A stretch of DNA of 64,000 bases from an uncultured Actinomycetes bacterium (lineage in GTDB: Bacteria; Actinomycetota; Acidimicrobiia; IMCC26256; DASPTH01). Under the pieces are notes generated by a model that made no database searches, was not told the DNA's origin, and saw only the letters and a list, made by a program, of their open reading frames with translations. Where the stretch lies: positions 342,071-406,070 of the forward strand of contig CAVRGS010000013.1 in assembly GCA_963720765.1 (NCBI GenBank), in the 5' to 3' direction. Each line of letters opens with the position of its first letter. Position 1 is the first letter of the stretch. Both the position numbers and the translations under genes were made by a program. Shown piece after piece: positions 39,349 to 50,579 of the stretch.

Positions 39349-39534
39349 ATGTTGACCATCGACTGCTCCGAGTGCGTGATGCGGGCCACCACCGCCTGCG
39401 ACGACTGTGTGGTGTCGTTCGTCGTCGGCAGGGAGCCGGGGGAGGCCCTCGTGATCGACGCCGAGGAGGAACGGGCCGTCCGCTTGTTCGCCAAGGCCGG
39501 ACTGGTGCCGCGGCTGCGTCACGTCGCGGGGTAG
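39349..39534 (+). CDS. Small Cys-rich protein (61 aa)
   Basis: MLTIDCSECVMRATTACDDCVVSFVV... has two CxxC pairs. Intact ORF with coding-like composition. Confidence 0.5.
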   Translation: MLTIDCSECVMRATTACDDCVVSFVVGREPGEALVIDAEEERAVRLFAKAGLVPRLRHVAG

Positions 39535-39590
39535 CGTCCTGCCGCGGGCCGCAGGGCGGCTACGACAGGTCCACATACCGGGAGGGCGAC

Positions 39591-40130
39591 ATGGACTACA
39601 GCAGCGACGCCGTCAACTTCGCGCTGCTGCTCGCACGGGTCTGGATCGCGATCATGATCTTCGCCCACGGGTGGCGCCACGTGAAGGCGATCCAGTCGGG
39701 CCCCGGCATGGCCAACTGGTTCGAGAGCCTCGGCCTCAAGCCGGGCCACTTCCACGCGCTGATGGTCACCGGCACCGAGGTCGCGATCCCCATCGCGCTG
39801 GCGCTCGGTTTCCTCACGCCGCTCTGCTACGGCGGGGTGTGCGCCCTGATGCTCGTGGCGATGCTCACCAACCACCTCAAGAACGGCTTCTTCCTGAGCA
39901 GCGCCAAGGAGGGCTACGAGTACGTGCTCTCGATCGCGGTGCTCTCCATCGCGCTGGGCACGCTCGGCCCGGGCAAGTGGTCGCTCGACAAGGCGATCTT
40001 CGGCTACGACTCGTTCATCTTCGACCCGAAGCAGGCGTTGCTCGTCACCGCCATCGTGGGCATCGGAGGTACCGCCGTGTTCCTCGGAGCGTTCTGGCGG
40101 CCACCCAAGAAGGACCAGGCCGCGGGCTGA
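39591..40130 (+). CDS. DoxX family membrane protein
   Basis: The ATG at 39591 follows GGGAGGG. The product has four TM segments and the pattern ..LLLARVWIAIMIFAHGW.K...... Confidence 0.7.
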   Translation: MDYSSDAVNFALLLARVWIAIMIFAHGWRHVKAIQSGPGMANWFESLGLKPGHFHALMVTGTEVAIPIALALGFLTPLCYGGVCALMLVAMLTNHLKNGFFLSSAKEGYEYVLSIAVLSIALGTLGPGKWSLDKAIFGYDSFIFDPKQALLVTAIVGIGGTAVFLGAFWRPPKKDQAAG

Positions 40131-40157
40131 GTCCGGCGAACCCGGGGGGAGCCGCGC

Positions 40158-41261
40158 ATGGGGCGGGTCGCGCTCGATCAGGTCTCGAAACGGTTCGACG
40201 ACGTCGCCGCCGTCGACGCGCTCACGCTCGAGGTGGCCGACGAGGAGTTCCTCGTGCTGCTCGGGCCGTCGGGCTGCGGCAAGAGCACCGCGCTGCGCAT
40301 GATCGCGGGACTCGAGGACCCGACGTCGGGCACCATCACCATCGGCGAGCGCGTCGTGAACGACGTCGAAGCCAAAGACCGCGACATCGCCATGGTGTTC
40401 CAGAGCTACGCCCTGTACCCGCACATGACCGTGCGGAGGAACATCGAGTTCCCGCTCCGGTCGCGCAAGGTGCCGGCATCGGAGCGCACCGCGTTGGTGC
40501 AGGAGGCCGCCGACAGCCTCGATCTCGGCGAGCTGCTCGACCGCAAGCCCGCGCAGCTCTCGGGTGGTCAGCGGCAGCGGGTGGCCCTGGCGCGGGCGAT
40601 CGTGCGCCGACCGCAGGCGTTCCTCATGGACGAACCGCTGTCCAACCTCGACGCCAAGCTGCGCGTGCAGACGCGCGCCGAGCTCGTCGAGCTGCAGCGG
40701 CGCCTCTCGGCGACGATCATCTACGTCACCCACGACCAGGTCGAGGCGATGACGATGGGACATCGCATCGCGGTGCTCGACCGCGGCGTGCTGCAGCAGG
40801 TCGGCGCGCCGCAGGAGGTCTACTCCAAGCCCGCCAACCTGTTCGTGGCGCGCTTCATCGGCAGCCCGCCGATGAACACCGTCACCGGCCGCATCGACCG
40901 CGTCGAGGGCGCGCTCGTCGCCCAGTTGCCCGGTGCGGGCGTGCCCGTGCCGGTCGAGCTGGCCGCGGCGATCGAGGCATCGGGTGCCGACGAGGTCGTG
41001 ATCGGCGTGCGTCCCGAGGCACTGCGCTTCACCGACTCCACCGCGGACGCACCTGAGGGCATCCCCGCGACCGTGAGCGTGGTCGAGTCGCTCGGGCACG
41101 AGCGCCACGTCGTGTGTCGCCTGGCGGATCAGCAGCTGGTGATCCTGCGGCAGGACGCGCACGACACCGCGCCCGCCGAGGGGAGCAGCACGTTCCTGCG
41201 CACCGACGCCGACGGCCTCCACGTGTTCGACGCCGAAACGGGCGCCAGGATCGGCAGTTGA
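40158..41261 (+). CDS. ABC transporter ATP-binding protein (MalK/UgpC-type, sugar-class)
   Basis: Walker A GPSGCGKST, signature LSGGQRQR, Walker B FLMDEPLSNLD, and a C-terminal regulatory (TOBE-like) domain. Confidence 0.9.
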   Translation: MGRVALDQVSKRFDDVAAVDALTLEVADEEFLVLLGPSGCGKSTALRMIAGLEDPTSGTITIGERVVNDVEAKDRDIAMVFQSYALYPHMTVRRNIEFPLRSRKVPASERTALVQEAADSLDLGELLDRKPAQLSGGQRQRVALARAIVRRPQAFLMDEPLSNLDAKLRVQTRAELVELQRRLSATIIYVTHDQVEAMTMGHRIAVLDRGVLQQVGAPQEVYSKPANLFVARFIGSPPMNTVTGRIDRVEGALVAQLPGAGVPVPVELAAAIEASGADEVVIGVRPEALRFTDSTADAPEGIPATVSVVESLGHERHVVCRLADQQLVILRQDAHDTAPAEGSSTFLRTDADGLHVFDAETGARIGS

Positions 41262-41263
41262 GC

Positions 41264-42175
41264 GTGGCCACCCGCGGGGTCGCGCTCACGCCTGCCCGCA
41301 AGCGGCTCCGACGCCGCGAACGTGGGCTCGGTTACCTGCTGCTGATCCCGTCGCTGCTCGTGTTCGGCGTGTTCGTCTTCTGGCCGCTGGTGCACAACGC
41401 GTACCTCGGCTTCTTCCGCAACCCGCCGTTCCCGGGGTTGCCGAGCACGTACGTCGGGTTCGACCAGTACAAGGACGTCCTCACGTCGGAGACGTTCGTC
41501 GACAGCGTCAAGACGACGTTCCTGTTCGCGATCCTCACCGTGCCCGTGGGCATCGCCGCGGGGCTCGGGCTGGCGCTGCTCGCGCACCAGCAGCTCCGGG
41601 GCATCGGCATCTACCGCACGTTCTTCTCGTCGACGGTGGCCACGTCGGTGGCGGTCGCAGCGGTCATCTTCGGCACGCTCATGAACCCGTCGGTCGGCCT
41701 GCTCCCGTGGCTGGGCCTCACCACCAACCCAACGGTGCTGCAGAACCCCGACTGGGCGCTCATCGCCGTCGCCGTGGTCACGGTGTGGCAGACGCTCGGC
41801 CTCACGTTCATCCTCATGGCGTCAGGCCTCCAGGGCGTGCCCGACGACCTCTACGAGGCGGCGCGGGTCGACGGCGCCAGCGCGTGGTCGCGCTTCTGGC
41901 ACGTGACGCTGCCGATGATGTCGCCCACCATCTTCTTCGCGGTGGTGATCGGCACCATCTTCGCCTTCCAGTCGTTCGGCCAGATCGACATCCTCACGCA
42001 GGGTGGACCGCTCAAGAAGACGAACGTGCTCACCTACTACATCTACGACACGTTGCAACGACAGAGCGATCCCGGCAAGGCCGCGGTGCTCGCGGTCGCG
42101 CTGTTCTTCCTCACGTTGATCCTCGCGCTGGCGCAGATCCGCCTGCTGGAGCGGCGGGTGTCGTATGAGCGCTGA
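41264..42175 (+). CDS. ABC transporter permease (MalF/UgpA-type)
   Basis: GTG at 41264. It is polytopic and carries the EAA-loop region DLYEAARVDGASAWSRFWHVTLP. Confidence 0.85.
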   Translation: MATRGVALTPARKRLRRRERGLGYLLLIPSLLVFGVFVFWPLVHNAYLGFFRNPPFPGLPSTYVGFDQYKDVLTSETFVDSVKTTFLFAILTVPVGIAAGLGLALLAHQQLRGIGIYRTFFSSTVATSVAVAAVIFGTLMNPSVGLLPWLGLTTNPTVLQNPDWALIAVAVVTVWQTLGLTFILMASGLQGVPDDLYEAARVDGASAWSRFWHVTLPMMSPTIFFAVVIGTIFAFQSFGQIDILTQGGPLKKTNVLTYYIYDTLQRQSDPGKAAVLAVALFFLTLILALAQIRLLERRVSYER

Positions 42176-43028
42176 CACCCGCGCGAGCGACGCTCGTGCG
42201 CTGCACCGTCGCAAGGTGTGGGGGAAGGTCGGGCGCTACGCGTTGCTGACCGTCCTCGCGATCATCGTGTTGTTCCCGATCTACGTCACGCTGGTCAATT
42301 CGCTGCTGAAGCCGGTCGACATCACGCGCCAGCCGCCGAAGCTGTTCCCCACCGATCCGCAGTGGGGGGCCTATCGAGACGCCTGGAACGCCGGCCACAT
42401 GGGCACGTACCTCAAGAACAGCTTCATCGTCACGTTCCTGATCACGGTCGGGCAGGTGCTCACCGCGATCCTCGCCGGCTACGCGTTCGCGTTCCTGCAG
42501 TTCCCGTTCAAGCGCGTGTTGTTCGTCGTGTTCCTGGCCACACTGATGGTGCCGTTCGAGGTCACCATCGTCACCAACGTGTCGACGATCAGCGACCTCG
42601 GCCTCTACAACTCGTACGCGGGGCTGGCGGTGCCGTTCCTCGCCACCGGGTTCGGCGCGTTCCTGATGCGCCAGGCGTTCCTCACCCTGCCGCACGAGTT
42701 GCGCGACGCTGCCGCGCTCGACGGCTACGGGCACTGGCGGTTCCTGTGGCGGGTCGCGGTCCCGCTCGCCCGCCCGGCGGTCGCCGCGCTCACCGTGTTC
42801 GCGTTCCTCGCCGCGTGGAACCAGTACCTCTGGCCATTGCTGATCACCAAGGACGACAAGCTGCGAACGGTGCAGATCGGACTGAAGCAGTTGCAGCAGA
42901 CGAGCATCGACCAGCTCAACATCGTGTTCGCGGGGGCGATCATCGCGGTGATCCCGTTGGTGATACTCCTGTTGTTCTTCCAGAAGCAGCTCGTGCGGGG
43001 ACTCACGGCCGGGGCCGTGAAGGGATGA
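42165..43028 (+). CDS. ABC transporter permease (MalG/UgpE-type)
   Basis: The EAA loop is ELRDAAALDGYGHWRFLWRVAVP. It overlaps the upstream gene by 11 nt. Confidence 0.85.
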   Translation: MSADTRASDARALHRRKVWGKVGRYALLTVLAIIVLFPIYVTLVNSLLKPVDITRQPPKLFPTDPQWGAYRDAWNAGHMGTYLKNSFIVTFLITVGQVLTAILAGYAFAFLQFPFKRVLFVVFLATLMVPFEVTIVTNVSTISDLGLYNSYAGLAVPFLATGFGAFLMRQAFLTLPHELRDAAALDGYGHWRFLWRVAVPLARPAVAALTVFAFLAAWNQYLWPLLITKDDKLRTVQIGLKQLQQTSIDQLNIVFAGAIIAVIPLVILLLFFQKQLVRGLTAGAVKG

Positions 43029-43035
43029 GGTCCAA

Positions 43036-44418
43036 GTGAAGAAGTTCGCAGTGATGGTCGTGCTGATGCTGTCGGCATCGGCGCTGGTGGCCGTCGACGC
43101 TCCGGTCGCGGGCGCGGCCAACAGCACGTCGTGCCCGTTGAACGCGTTGAAGTCGGCCAAGAAGCCGGTGGAGATCACGCTGTGGCACTGGATGCCACGG
43201 GCCAACGAGACCGCGTTGCAGGGTCTCACCGACACGTTCAACTCGTCGCAGAGCGACGTGAAGGTGTCCCTGGTCAACCAGATCGACTGGGAGGCGACGT
43301 TCCAGAAGTACAAGGCCGGCCTCGGCACCGGCGACCTGCCCGACATCGTGCAGCTGCAGGAGACCGACCAGCAGCAGATCATCGACACGCAGACGGTCCT
43401 GCCGGCGAGCGTGTGTGCGAAGGCCGACAAGTACAGCTTCTCCGACTTCCTGCCCCGGGTGATCAGCTACTTCACGGTGCAGGGCACGCAGTACGCGATG
43501 CCGTTCAACACGTCGGGTCCGGTCCTCTACTACAACAAGAAGGCGTTCAGCGCCGCTGGTCTCGATCCGAACTCGCCGCCCAAGACGCTCGACGACGTGC
43601 GCGCCGCGGCCGAGAAGCTCAAGGCCAACGGGGTGGAGGCGCCGCTCGGGCTCAAGACCGACCCGATCTTCTTGGAGCAGTGGACCGCCCAGGCGAACCG
43701 CCTGTTCGCGAACAACGGCAACGGGCGCAAAGCGCGCGCCACCAAGGCGGTCTTCGGTGGCGCGTCGGGCAACACGATCTTCCGCTGGATGGACGGCATG
43801 GTGAAGGACGGCCTCGCCGCCACCAACGCCGACCTCGGTCCCAGCATCTACGACGACCTGCTCGGCATCCGGAGCGGTTCGCACGCCATGGCATTGGACA
43901 CCAGCGCCGCGCTCGGGACCATCAAGTCGATCCTCGACGCCGGCGACGACCCCAACATCGAGCTCGGGGTGGCGCCGTTCCCGTCGCCCGGCGGCGGCCG
44001 CGGCGGCGTGTTCAACCAGGGTGGCGAGATGTTCATGGTCAACAAGTCGTCGCCGGCCAAGCAGGCTGCGTCGTGGAAGTTCCTGAAGTTCCTCGAGGAG
44101 CCCGAGAACGTCACGACGTGGGCGATCGCCACGGGCTACATCCCGATCCGCACGTCGTCGGCCAACAGCACCGAGATGAAGGACTACTGGTCCCAGAACC
44201 CGGGCTTCAAGGTCGCGTACGACCAACTCGTCGGCGGCGCCGACACGGTGGCGAGTGCGGGATCGGTGATCGGCAACAACAAGGGCGCCCGCGACGCGGT
44301 GCGCGACGCGGTCAACAGCATGTTCCTCAACGGCACCTCGCCGAAGGACGCGCTGAAGGCAGCGGTCGATGGTGCGACCGCCGCCATCGACGACTACAAC
44401 AGCCGCATCAGCGGCTGA
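43036..44418 (+). CDS. Extracellular solute-binding protein (family 1, UgpB-like), copy 1
   Basis: The signal peptide is MKKFAVMVVLMLSASALVAVDAPVAGAA. The body is a typical SBP_bac_1 pattern (..ITLWHWM...YAMPFNTSGPVLYYNKKAF..). Confidence 0.85.
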   Translation: MKKFAVMVVLMLSASALVAVDAPVAGAANSTSCPLNALKSAKKPVEITLWHWMPRANETALQGLTDTFNSSQSDVKVSLVNQIDWEATFQKYKAGLGTGDLPDIVQLQETDQQQIIDTQTVLPASVCAKADKYSFSDFLPRVISYFTVQGTQYAMPFNTSGPVLYYNKKAFSAAGLDPNSPPKTLDDVRAAAEKLKANGVEAPLGLKTDPIFLEQWTAQANRLFANNGNGRKARATKAVFGGASGNTIFRWMDGMVKDGLAATNADLGPSIYDDLLGIRSGSHAMALDTSAALGTIKSILDAGDDPNIELGVAPFPSPGGGRGGVFNQGGEMFMVNKSSPAKQAASWKFLKFLEEPENVTTWAIATGYIPIRTSSANSTEMKDYWSQNPGFKVAYDQLVGGADTVASAGSVIGNNKGARDAVRDAVNSMFLNGTSPKDALKAAVDGATAAIDDYNSRISG

Positions 44419-44482
44419 CGCCACCAGGAGCGCGCCATCGGCCATGCTGTGGCCGGCATCGAGGGTCGACGGGAGCACTGGC

Positions 44483-45883
44483 ATGCGGCTTTGGAAGCGG
44501 TGGGCGGGTCCGGCTCTGGCCGTGGCGGTGGTGGCGAGTGGGCTGAGCGTCGCCGCCGCGCCCGGTGCGGGCGCGGCGAACAGCACGTCGTGCCCGTTGA
44601 GCGCGTTGAAGTCGGCGAAGAAGCCGGTGGAGATCGTGTTCTGGCACTCGATGAACCGAGCGCTCGGTGAGACGTTGCAGAAGCTCACTGACGAGTTCAA
44701 CTCGTCGCAGACCGACGTGAAGGTCAGCCTGGTCAACCAGCTCGACTACGTGCAGACGTTCAACAAGTACAAGTCGGGCCTGAGCAGCGGTGACCTGCCC
44801 GACATCGTGCAGCTGCAGGAGACCGAGCAGCAGCAGATGATCGACACGCAGACCGTGCTGCCGGCGGGCGTCTGCGCCAAGGCCGACAAGTACAGCTTCT
44901 CCGACTTCCTCCCTCGTGTGATCAGCTACTTCACCGTCGAAGGCAAGCAGTACGCGATGCCGTTCAACACGTCGGGACCCGTCCTGTACTACAACAAGAA
45001 GGCGTTCACCGCCGCCGGGCTCGACCCCGATTCGCCGCCCAAGACGCTCGACGACGTGCGCGCCGCGGCTGAGAAGCTCAAGGCCAACGGGGTGGAGGCG
45101 CCGCTCGGGCTCAAGACCGAGCCCGGATACTTCGAGCACTGGCGCGCGCTGGCCAACAAGACCTATGTGAACAACAACAACGGCCGGAAGGCACGCGCGA
45201 CCAAGACCGTCTACGACGACGCCACCGGGCGAGAGATCTTCACGTGGCTCTCCGGCATGGTGAAGGACGGCCTCGCCACCACCAACGCCGACCTCGGCAC
45301 CGGCAACTTCGACAACCTGCTCGGCATCCAGAGCGGGTCGCACGCGATGGCGTTCGACACCAGTGCCGCGCTCGGCACGATCAGCGCGGTGCTCAACGGT
45401 GGCGCAGCCCCCGACGTGGAGCTCGGGGTGGCGCCGTTCCCGGCGCCCGGCAAGGCCGCGAGGGGCGGCGTGCTCGTGAGCGGCGGTGCGCTCTACATGG
45501 TGAACAAGTCGGCCCCGGCCAAGCAGGCGGCGGCGTGGGAGTTCCTCAAGTTCCTCGACAACCCGACGAACATGACGGAGTGGGCCATCGGCACGGGCTA
45601 CATCCCGATCCGCAAGTCTTCGGCGTCGAGCAGCCAGATGCAGGACTACTGGACGCAGAACCCGTCGTACAAGATCGCGTACGACCAGCTCCTCGACGGT
45701 CCGAACAACGTGGCGACGGCGGGGTCGGTGATCGGCAACTACACGGGTGCGCGCGACGCCCTGCGTGACGCCGAGAACACCATGTTCCTCAATGGCGCCG
45801 ATCCCAAGTCGGCACTGAAGGCCGCGTCGAAGAACGCCACTGCGGCGATCGACGACTACAACTCGAGGCTCGGCGTCGGCTGA
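44483..45883 (+). CDS. Extracellular solute-binding protein, copy 2 (about 75% identical to copy 1 by eye)
   Basis: The ATG at 44483 gives MRLWKRWAGPALAVAVVASGLSVAAAPGAGAA. Long collinear identical stretches with copy 1 include KADKYSFSDFLPRVISYFTV, YAMPFNTSGPVLYYNKKAF and PPKTLDDVRAAAEKLKANGVEAPLGLKT. Confidence 0.85.
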   Translation: MRLWKRWAGPALAVAVVASGLSVAAAPGAGAANSTSCPLSALKSAKKPVEIVFWHSMNRALGETLQKLTDEFNSSQTDVKVSLVNQLDYVQTFNKYKSGLSSGDLPDIVQLQETEQQQMIDTQTVLPAGVCAKADKYSFSDFLPRVISYFTVEGKQYAMPFNTSGPVLYYNKKAFTAAGLDPDSPPKTLDDVRAAAEKLKANGVEAPLGLKTEPGYFEHWRALANKTYVNNNNGRKARATKTVYDDATGREIFTWLSGMVKDGLATTNADLGTGNFDNLLGIQSGSHAMAFDTSAALGTISAVLNGGAAPDVELGVAPFPAPGKAARGGVLVSGGALYMVNKSAPAKQAAAWEFLKFLDNPTNMTEWAIGTGYIPIRKSSASSSQMQDYWTQNPSYKIAYDQLLDGPNNVATAGSVIGNYTGARDALRDAENTMFLNGADPKSALKAASKNATAAIDDYNSRLGVG

Positions 45884-45904
45884 CGCCGAGCCGGCGACCC
45901 TCGG

Positions 45905-45909
<5 letters not shown>
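45879..45909. terminator. Stem-loop spanning both stop codons of convergent genes
   Basis: GCTGAC(G)CCGAG-CCGGCGACC-CTCGGTCAGC gives an 11-bp stem with one bulge. Confidence 0.45.
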
Positions 45910-47227
<1,318 letters not shown>

Positions 47228-47288
47228 GCAGCGTACCCGTCGGCGCGGGAGCCACTTCCGGTCGGCAGCACTCGCCTACGGTGGCCCG

Positions 47289-48361
47289 GTGGCGGTGGCT
47301 GAACGCGACCTGACGAGCGGAGCCACCGGGGGGTTCGTCGGATTGTTCCCGTGGCGCGGGGTCGTCGCCCCGTGGCTCCTGTCGCGGGCGTTGTCGATCG
47401 TCGTGCTGCTGGCCGCGGTGAACGATCCCGCCGCGGGTCGCGCTTCGTGCAGGTGGCGACGCGCTGGGACGGCGCCTTCTACCTCGACATCGCCCGCAAC
47501 GGTTACGGCCCCGTCGACGTCCCGTTCCCGAAGTGGCCGTTCTTCCCCATGCTGCCGGGGTTGATCCGGGGCCTGAGCGAGGTGGCCGACGACAAGGCCG
47601 CCATCTTCCTGCTCAACCAGGTCGTGTTCCTGGTGGCACTCGCCGGTGTCCACCGGCTGGCGTCGCGCCGCGGTGGGGTGACGGTGGCGCGGCTGGCGAC
47701 CTGGTCACTCGCGCTCTTCCCCGCGTCGTTCGTGTTCTCGATGACCTACCCGTCGGCGATCTTCCTCGCCGCGTCGGTGTGGGCGTTCGTGCTGGTCGAG
47801 GACGAGCACGACATCGCCGCCGGGCTGGTCGCGGTGGGAGCCGCACTGGTGCGTCCCAACGGTGCGGTGCTCGTGATCGCGCTGATCGTCGCGGTCTGGC
47901 CGTCGTTGCGACGCGCGCTCGTCGTGGCGGCGCCGTCGGTGGTCGCGGTCGCCGCGTGGTGTGCCTACTGCTGGGATCGCACCGGTGACCCACTGGTGTT
48001 CCTCACCAGCAAGTCGCGCTGGCAGGAGATCACGTTCGTCGGGTTGTTCGAGGGCCACGTCAAGTGGTCGGTGCTCCCGCACATCGGGTTGGCGATCGGC
48101 GCACTCGCGGTGCTGGTCGTGCAGCGCAAGAAGTTGCCGGTGTCGTGGCTGGTGTTCGGAGTGCTCTATCTCGTCCCGTCGTTGCAGCTCGGCATGGTCG
48201 GGGTCGGGCGCTACGCCAACGAGTGCTTCCCTCCGTTCGTCGGCGTCGGCCAGCTGCTCGCACGCTGGTCGGTGCGCATCCGAGCCCTCTACTTCGTGGC
48301 GTCGACCGTCGGCCTCGTGCTCTTCGCCGTCGTCGCCGCCCGCTACGAGCTCGTCCCCTGA
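47289..48361 (+). CDS. GT-C-fold membrane glycosyl(mannosyl)transferase-like protein (PIG-V/DUF2029-like), frame broken once (~47430)
   Basis: The N-terminal TM lies in the frame of 47025.. (VAPWLLSRALSIVVLLAAV). The product then continues as ..RFVQVATRWDGAFYLDIARNGY.. and about 8 TM segments in 47351..48361. The family call is tentative. Confidence 0.6.
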
Positions 48362-48378
48362 GCGCTGCTCGAGCGTGG

Positions 48379-49114
48379 CTACGCGCCCATGAGGGCTCGC
48401 CATTGCTCCAACGTGGGGACACGGAACACGTAGTTGTGGGCGCGGGTGTCGCCCATCGTCGCCGACGCCGCCGGGGAGTAGCGGTGGCCCGGGTACAGCA
48501 CGGTGGTGTCGGGGAGCGTGGCCAGGCGCTGCGTGAGGCTCTCGTACATCGCGTCGGGATCGGAACCGGGGAGGTCGGTGCGGCCGCAGCCCTCGAGGAA
48601 CAACGTGTCGCCGGCGACGAGCCGGCCGTCGACGACGAAGCACTGGCTGCCGGGTGTGTGCCCGGGCGTGTGCATGAGCTCGATCGGGATGCCGCCGGCG
48701 TGCACGACGTCGCCGCTGTCGTGCAGCGAGAGGTCGGAGTCGGACAGGCCCGTCGAGCGCTTCACCCACTCGGCCTCGGCGCGCTGGATGTGCACGGGCA
48801 CGCCACCACCGTCGAGCGCGAGCAGCTCGCGGCAGACCCTCGATGGAGTAGCCCATGATGTCGCCGCCGCAGTGGTCGGCGTGGTAGTGCGTGACGAGCG
48901 CGCCGGTCAGGCGGAGGCCGTCGGCTGCGAGCAGATCGACGAGCTCCCCGACGCCGTACGCGGGGTCGACCACCACGGCCTCGCCGGTTTCGCGGTCGCC
49001 GACGAGGTACACGAAGTTCACCATCTGGCGCGCCAGCGGGTCGTCACGAGCGAAGTCGGTACCCGACAGGAGCTGGCGGAAGTAGAGACGGTCCTCGTGC
49101 TCGTTCCAGCTCAT
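48379..49114 (-). CDS. MBL-fold metallo-hydrolase (glyoxalase II-like), frame broken once (~48830)
   Basis: The ATG at 49114 gives MSWNEHEDRLYFRQL...VTHYHADHCGG (HxHxDH). The C-terminal piece 48379..48801 has ..MHTPGHTPGS..GDTLF..GCGRTD.. Confidence 0.8.
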
Positions 49115-49127
49115 GGTGCTGCTTCCT

Positions 49128-49922
49128 TCACGAGCCGGCTCGCATCGAACCCATGGCGGCGACGAAGGCGCCGGGGTCGTTGCTCTTGCCGACGACGATC
49201 GAGTGTTGCGGACCACCGCCGGGAAAGTCGGGTGGGGCGTACCACTCGAAGCCCTCACCCTCGATCGCGTCGACGACCGACTGCGCCGCCTCGGCCGCGG
49301 GGACGAACGGACCCTGGTAGGCGGCAGGCTCGTTGCCGGGCTGGTCCCAGATCTCGGTGTCGATCGGTCCCGGCAGCACCAGCTTCACCTCGACGCCGGT
49401 GCCGTAGAGGTCGACGGCCATCCCCTCGGTCCATCCGCACAGCGCGAACTTGCTCGCGCAGTACGCGGCCTCGTTCGCGATCGGCACGCGACCGCCGAGG
49501 CTCGACACGTTGACGACGCACCCGCCGCCCCGCGTCAGCCAATCGGGGAGCAGTGCGAGCGACATGCGCACCGGCGCGTGGAAGTTGACGTCCATCACGT
49601 GTGCGACGTCGGCGGCGGTGAGGTGGGGTACCGGGATGCGCGCCGGGATGCCCGCGTTGTTCACGAGGCAGTCGACGCGACCCCACTCGCGCGCGGCCTG
49701 GTGCACGAGTCCCTCGGCGGCGGTGAGATCGCCGAGGTCGATCGGCCAGGCGCGCGACTCCGGCGTGTGCACACGACATTCGGCGAGCACCTCCTCGAGT
49801 CGCTCGGCGCGCCGCGCCACCAATCCGACGGCCGCGCCGCGCGCCGCCAGCATCGGACCGAGGGCGGCGCCGATGCCCGACGACGCACCCGTGACGATGA
49901 TGTTCGCTCCGTCGATCTGCAC
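49128..49922 (-). CDS. SDR family oxidoreductase
   Basis: The GTG at 49922 gives VQIDGANIIVTGASSGIGAAL, followed by NNAG and YCASKFAL. Intact. Confidence 0.85.
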   Translation of the reverse strand: MQIDGANIIVTGASSGIGAALGPMLAARGAAVGLVARRAERLEEVLAECRVHTPESRAWPIDLGDLTAAEGLVHQAAREWGRVDCLVNNAGIPARIPVPHLTAADVAHVMDVNFHAPVRMSLALLPDWLTRGGGCVVNVSSLGGRVPIANEAAYCASKFALCGWTEGMAVDLYGTGVEVKLVLPGPIDTEIWDQPGNEPAAYQGPFVPAAEAAQSVVDAIEGEGFEWYAPPDFPGGGPQHSIVVGKSNDPGAFVAAMGSMRAGS

Positions 49923-49936
49923 TCGTGTCCCTCTGC

Positions 49937-50575
49937 TCAGCCGTAGTCGCGCACGGTGGGTGATGTCGGTGTGGTCGGGGCGGCCGTGCCCGCCACCGCT
50001 CGGTACGCCGGGGTGTTCTGGAGGTGCTTCGCCACGAACAGCGAGAACGGGACGTCGCCGTTGGTCGGCGTGGCCGCGGCCTGCTCCCGTGACGTGTGGA
50101 TCATGGCCGCCACGTCGACGGTCTTCCAGTTCACGAGCTTGCTGCCTGCGCGCGTCGCGTACACCTGGGTCTCCGGCGCCGGCGTCGGACGGTCGTCGAC
50201 CGCGGGTCGCGGTTCCTGGCACACGTCGAACGACTTCAGGTCCTTCCACCGCCTGAACACGTACGGCAGGAACACCTTCGACACGTCGACGGTGCCGTCG
50301 ATGTAGTCCTGCGGCGTGTAGTCGCCGGTCGGTTCGACATAGATGGCGAGGTGCGTCCCGGTCGCGTCTCGTTCCTGCGCCGGGTTCACCAACGCCGCGC
50401 GCGTCACCCGGACGCCGAGGGGTTTCACCTTCTTCGCGAAGATGGCGACGAGGTCTTTGCGGGCAGCCGGCGGCAACCGCGACGAGTTGCTCGCACCGGC
50501 CGCGGTGGCGACCAATCCGCTCGCCGTGAACGCGAGCAGCATCACGAGTGCGGCGACCAGCCGCGTGGCGTGCAT
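49937..50575 (-). CDS. Secreted hypothetical protein
   Basis: The ATG at 50575 gives MHATRLVAALVMLLAFTASGLVATAAGAS (signal-like). The remainder is coding-like with no family recognised. Confidence 0.6.
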   Translation of the reverse strand: MHATRLVAALVMLLAFTASGLVATAAGASNSSRLPPAARKDLVAIFAKKVKPLGVRVTRAALVNPAQERDATGTHLAIYVEPTGDYTPQDYIDGTVDVSKVFLPYVFRRWKDLKSFDVCQEPRPAVDDRPTPAPETQVYATRAGSKLVNWKTVDVAAMIHTSREQAAATPTNGDVPFSLFVAKHLQNTPAYRAVAGTAAPTTPTSPTVRDYG

Positions 50576-50579
50576 CGAG

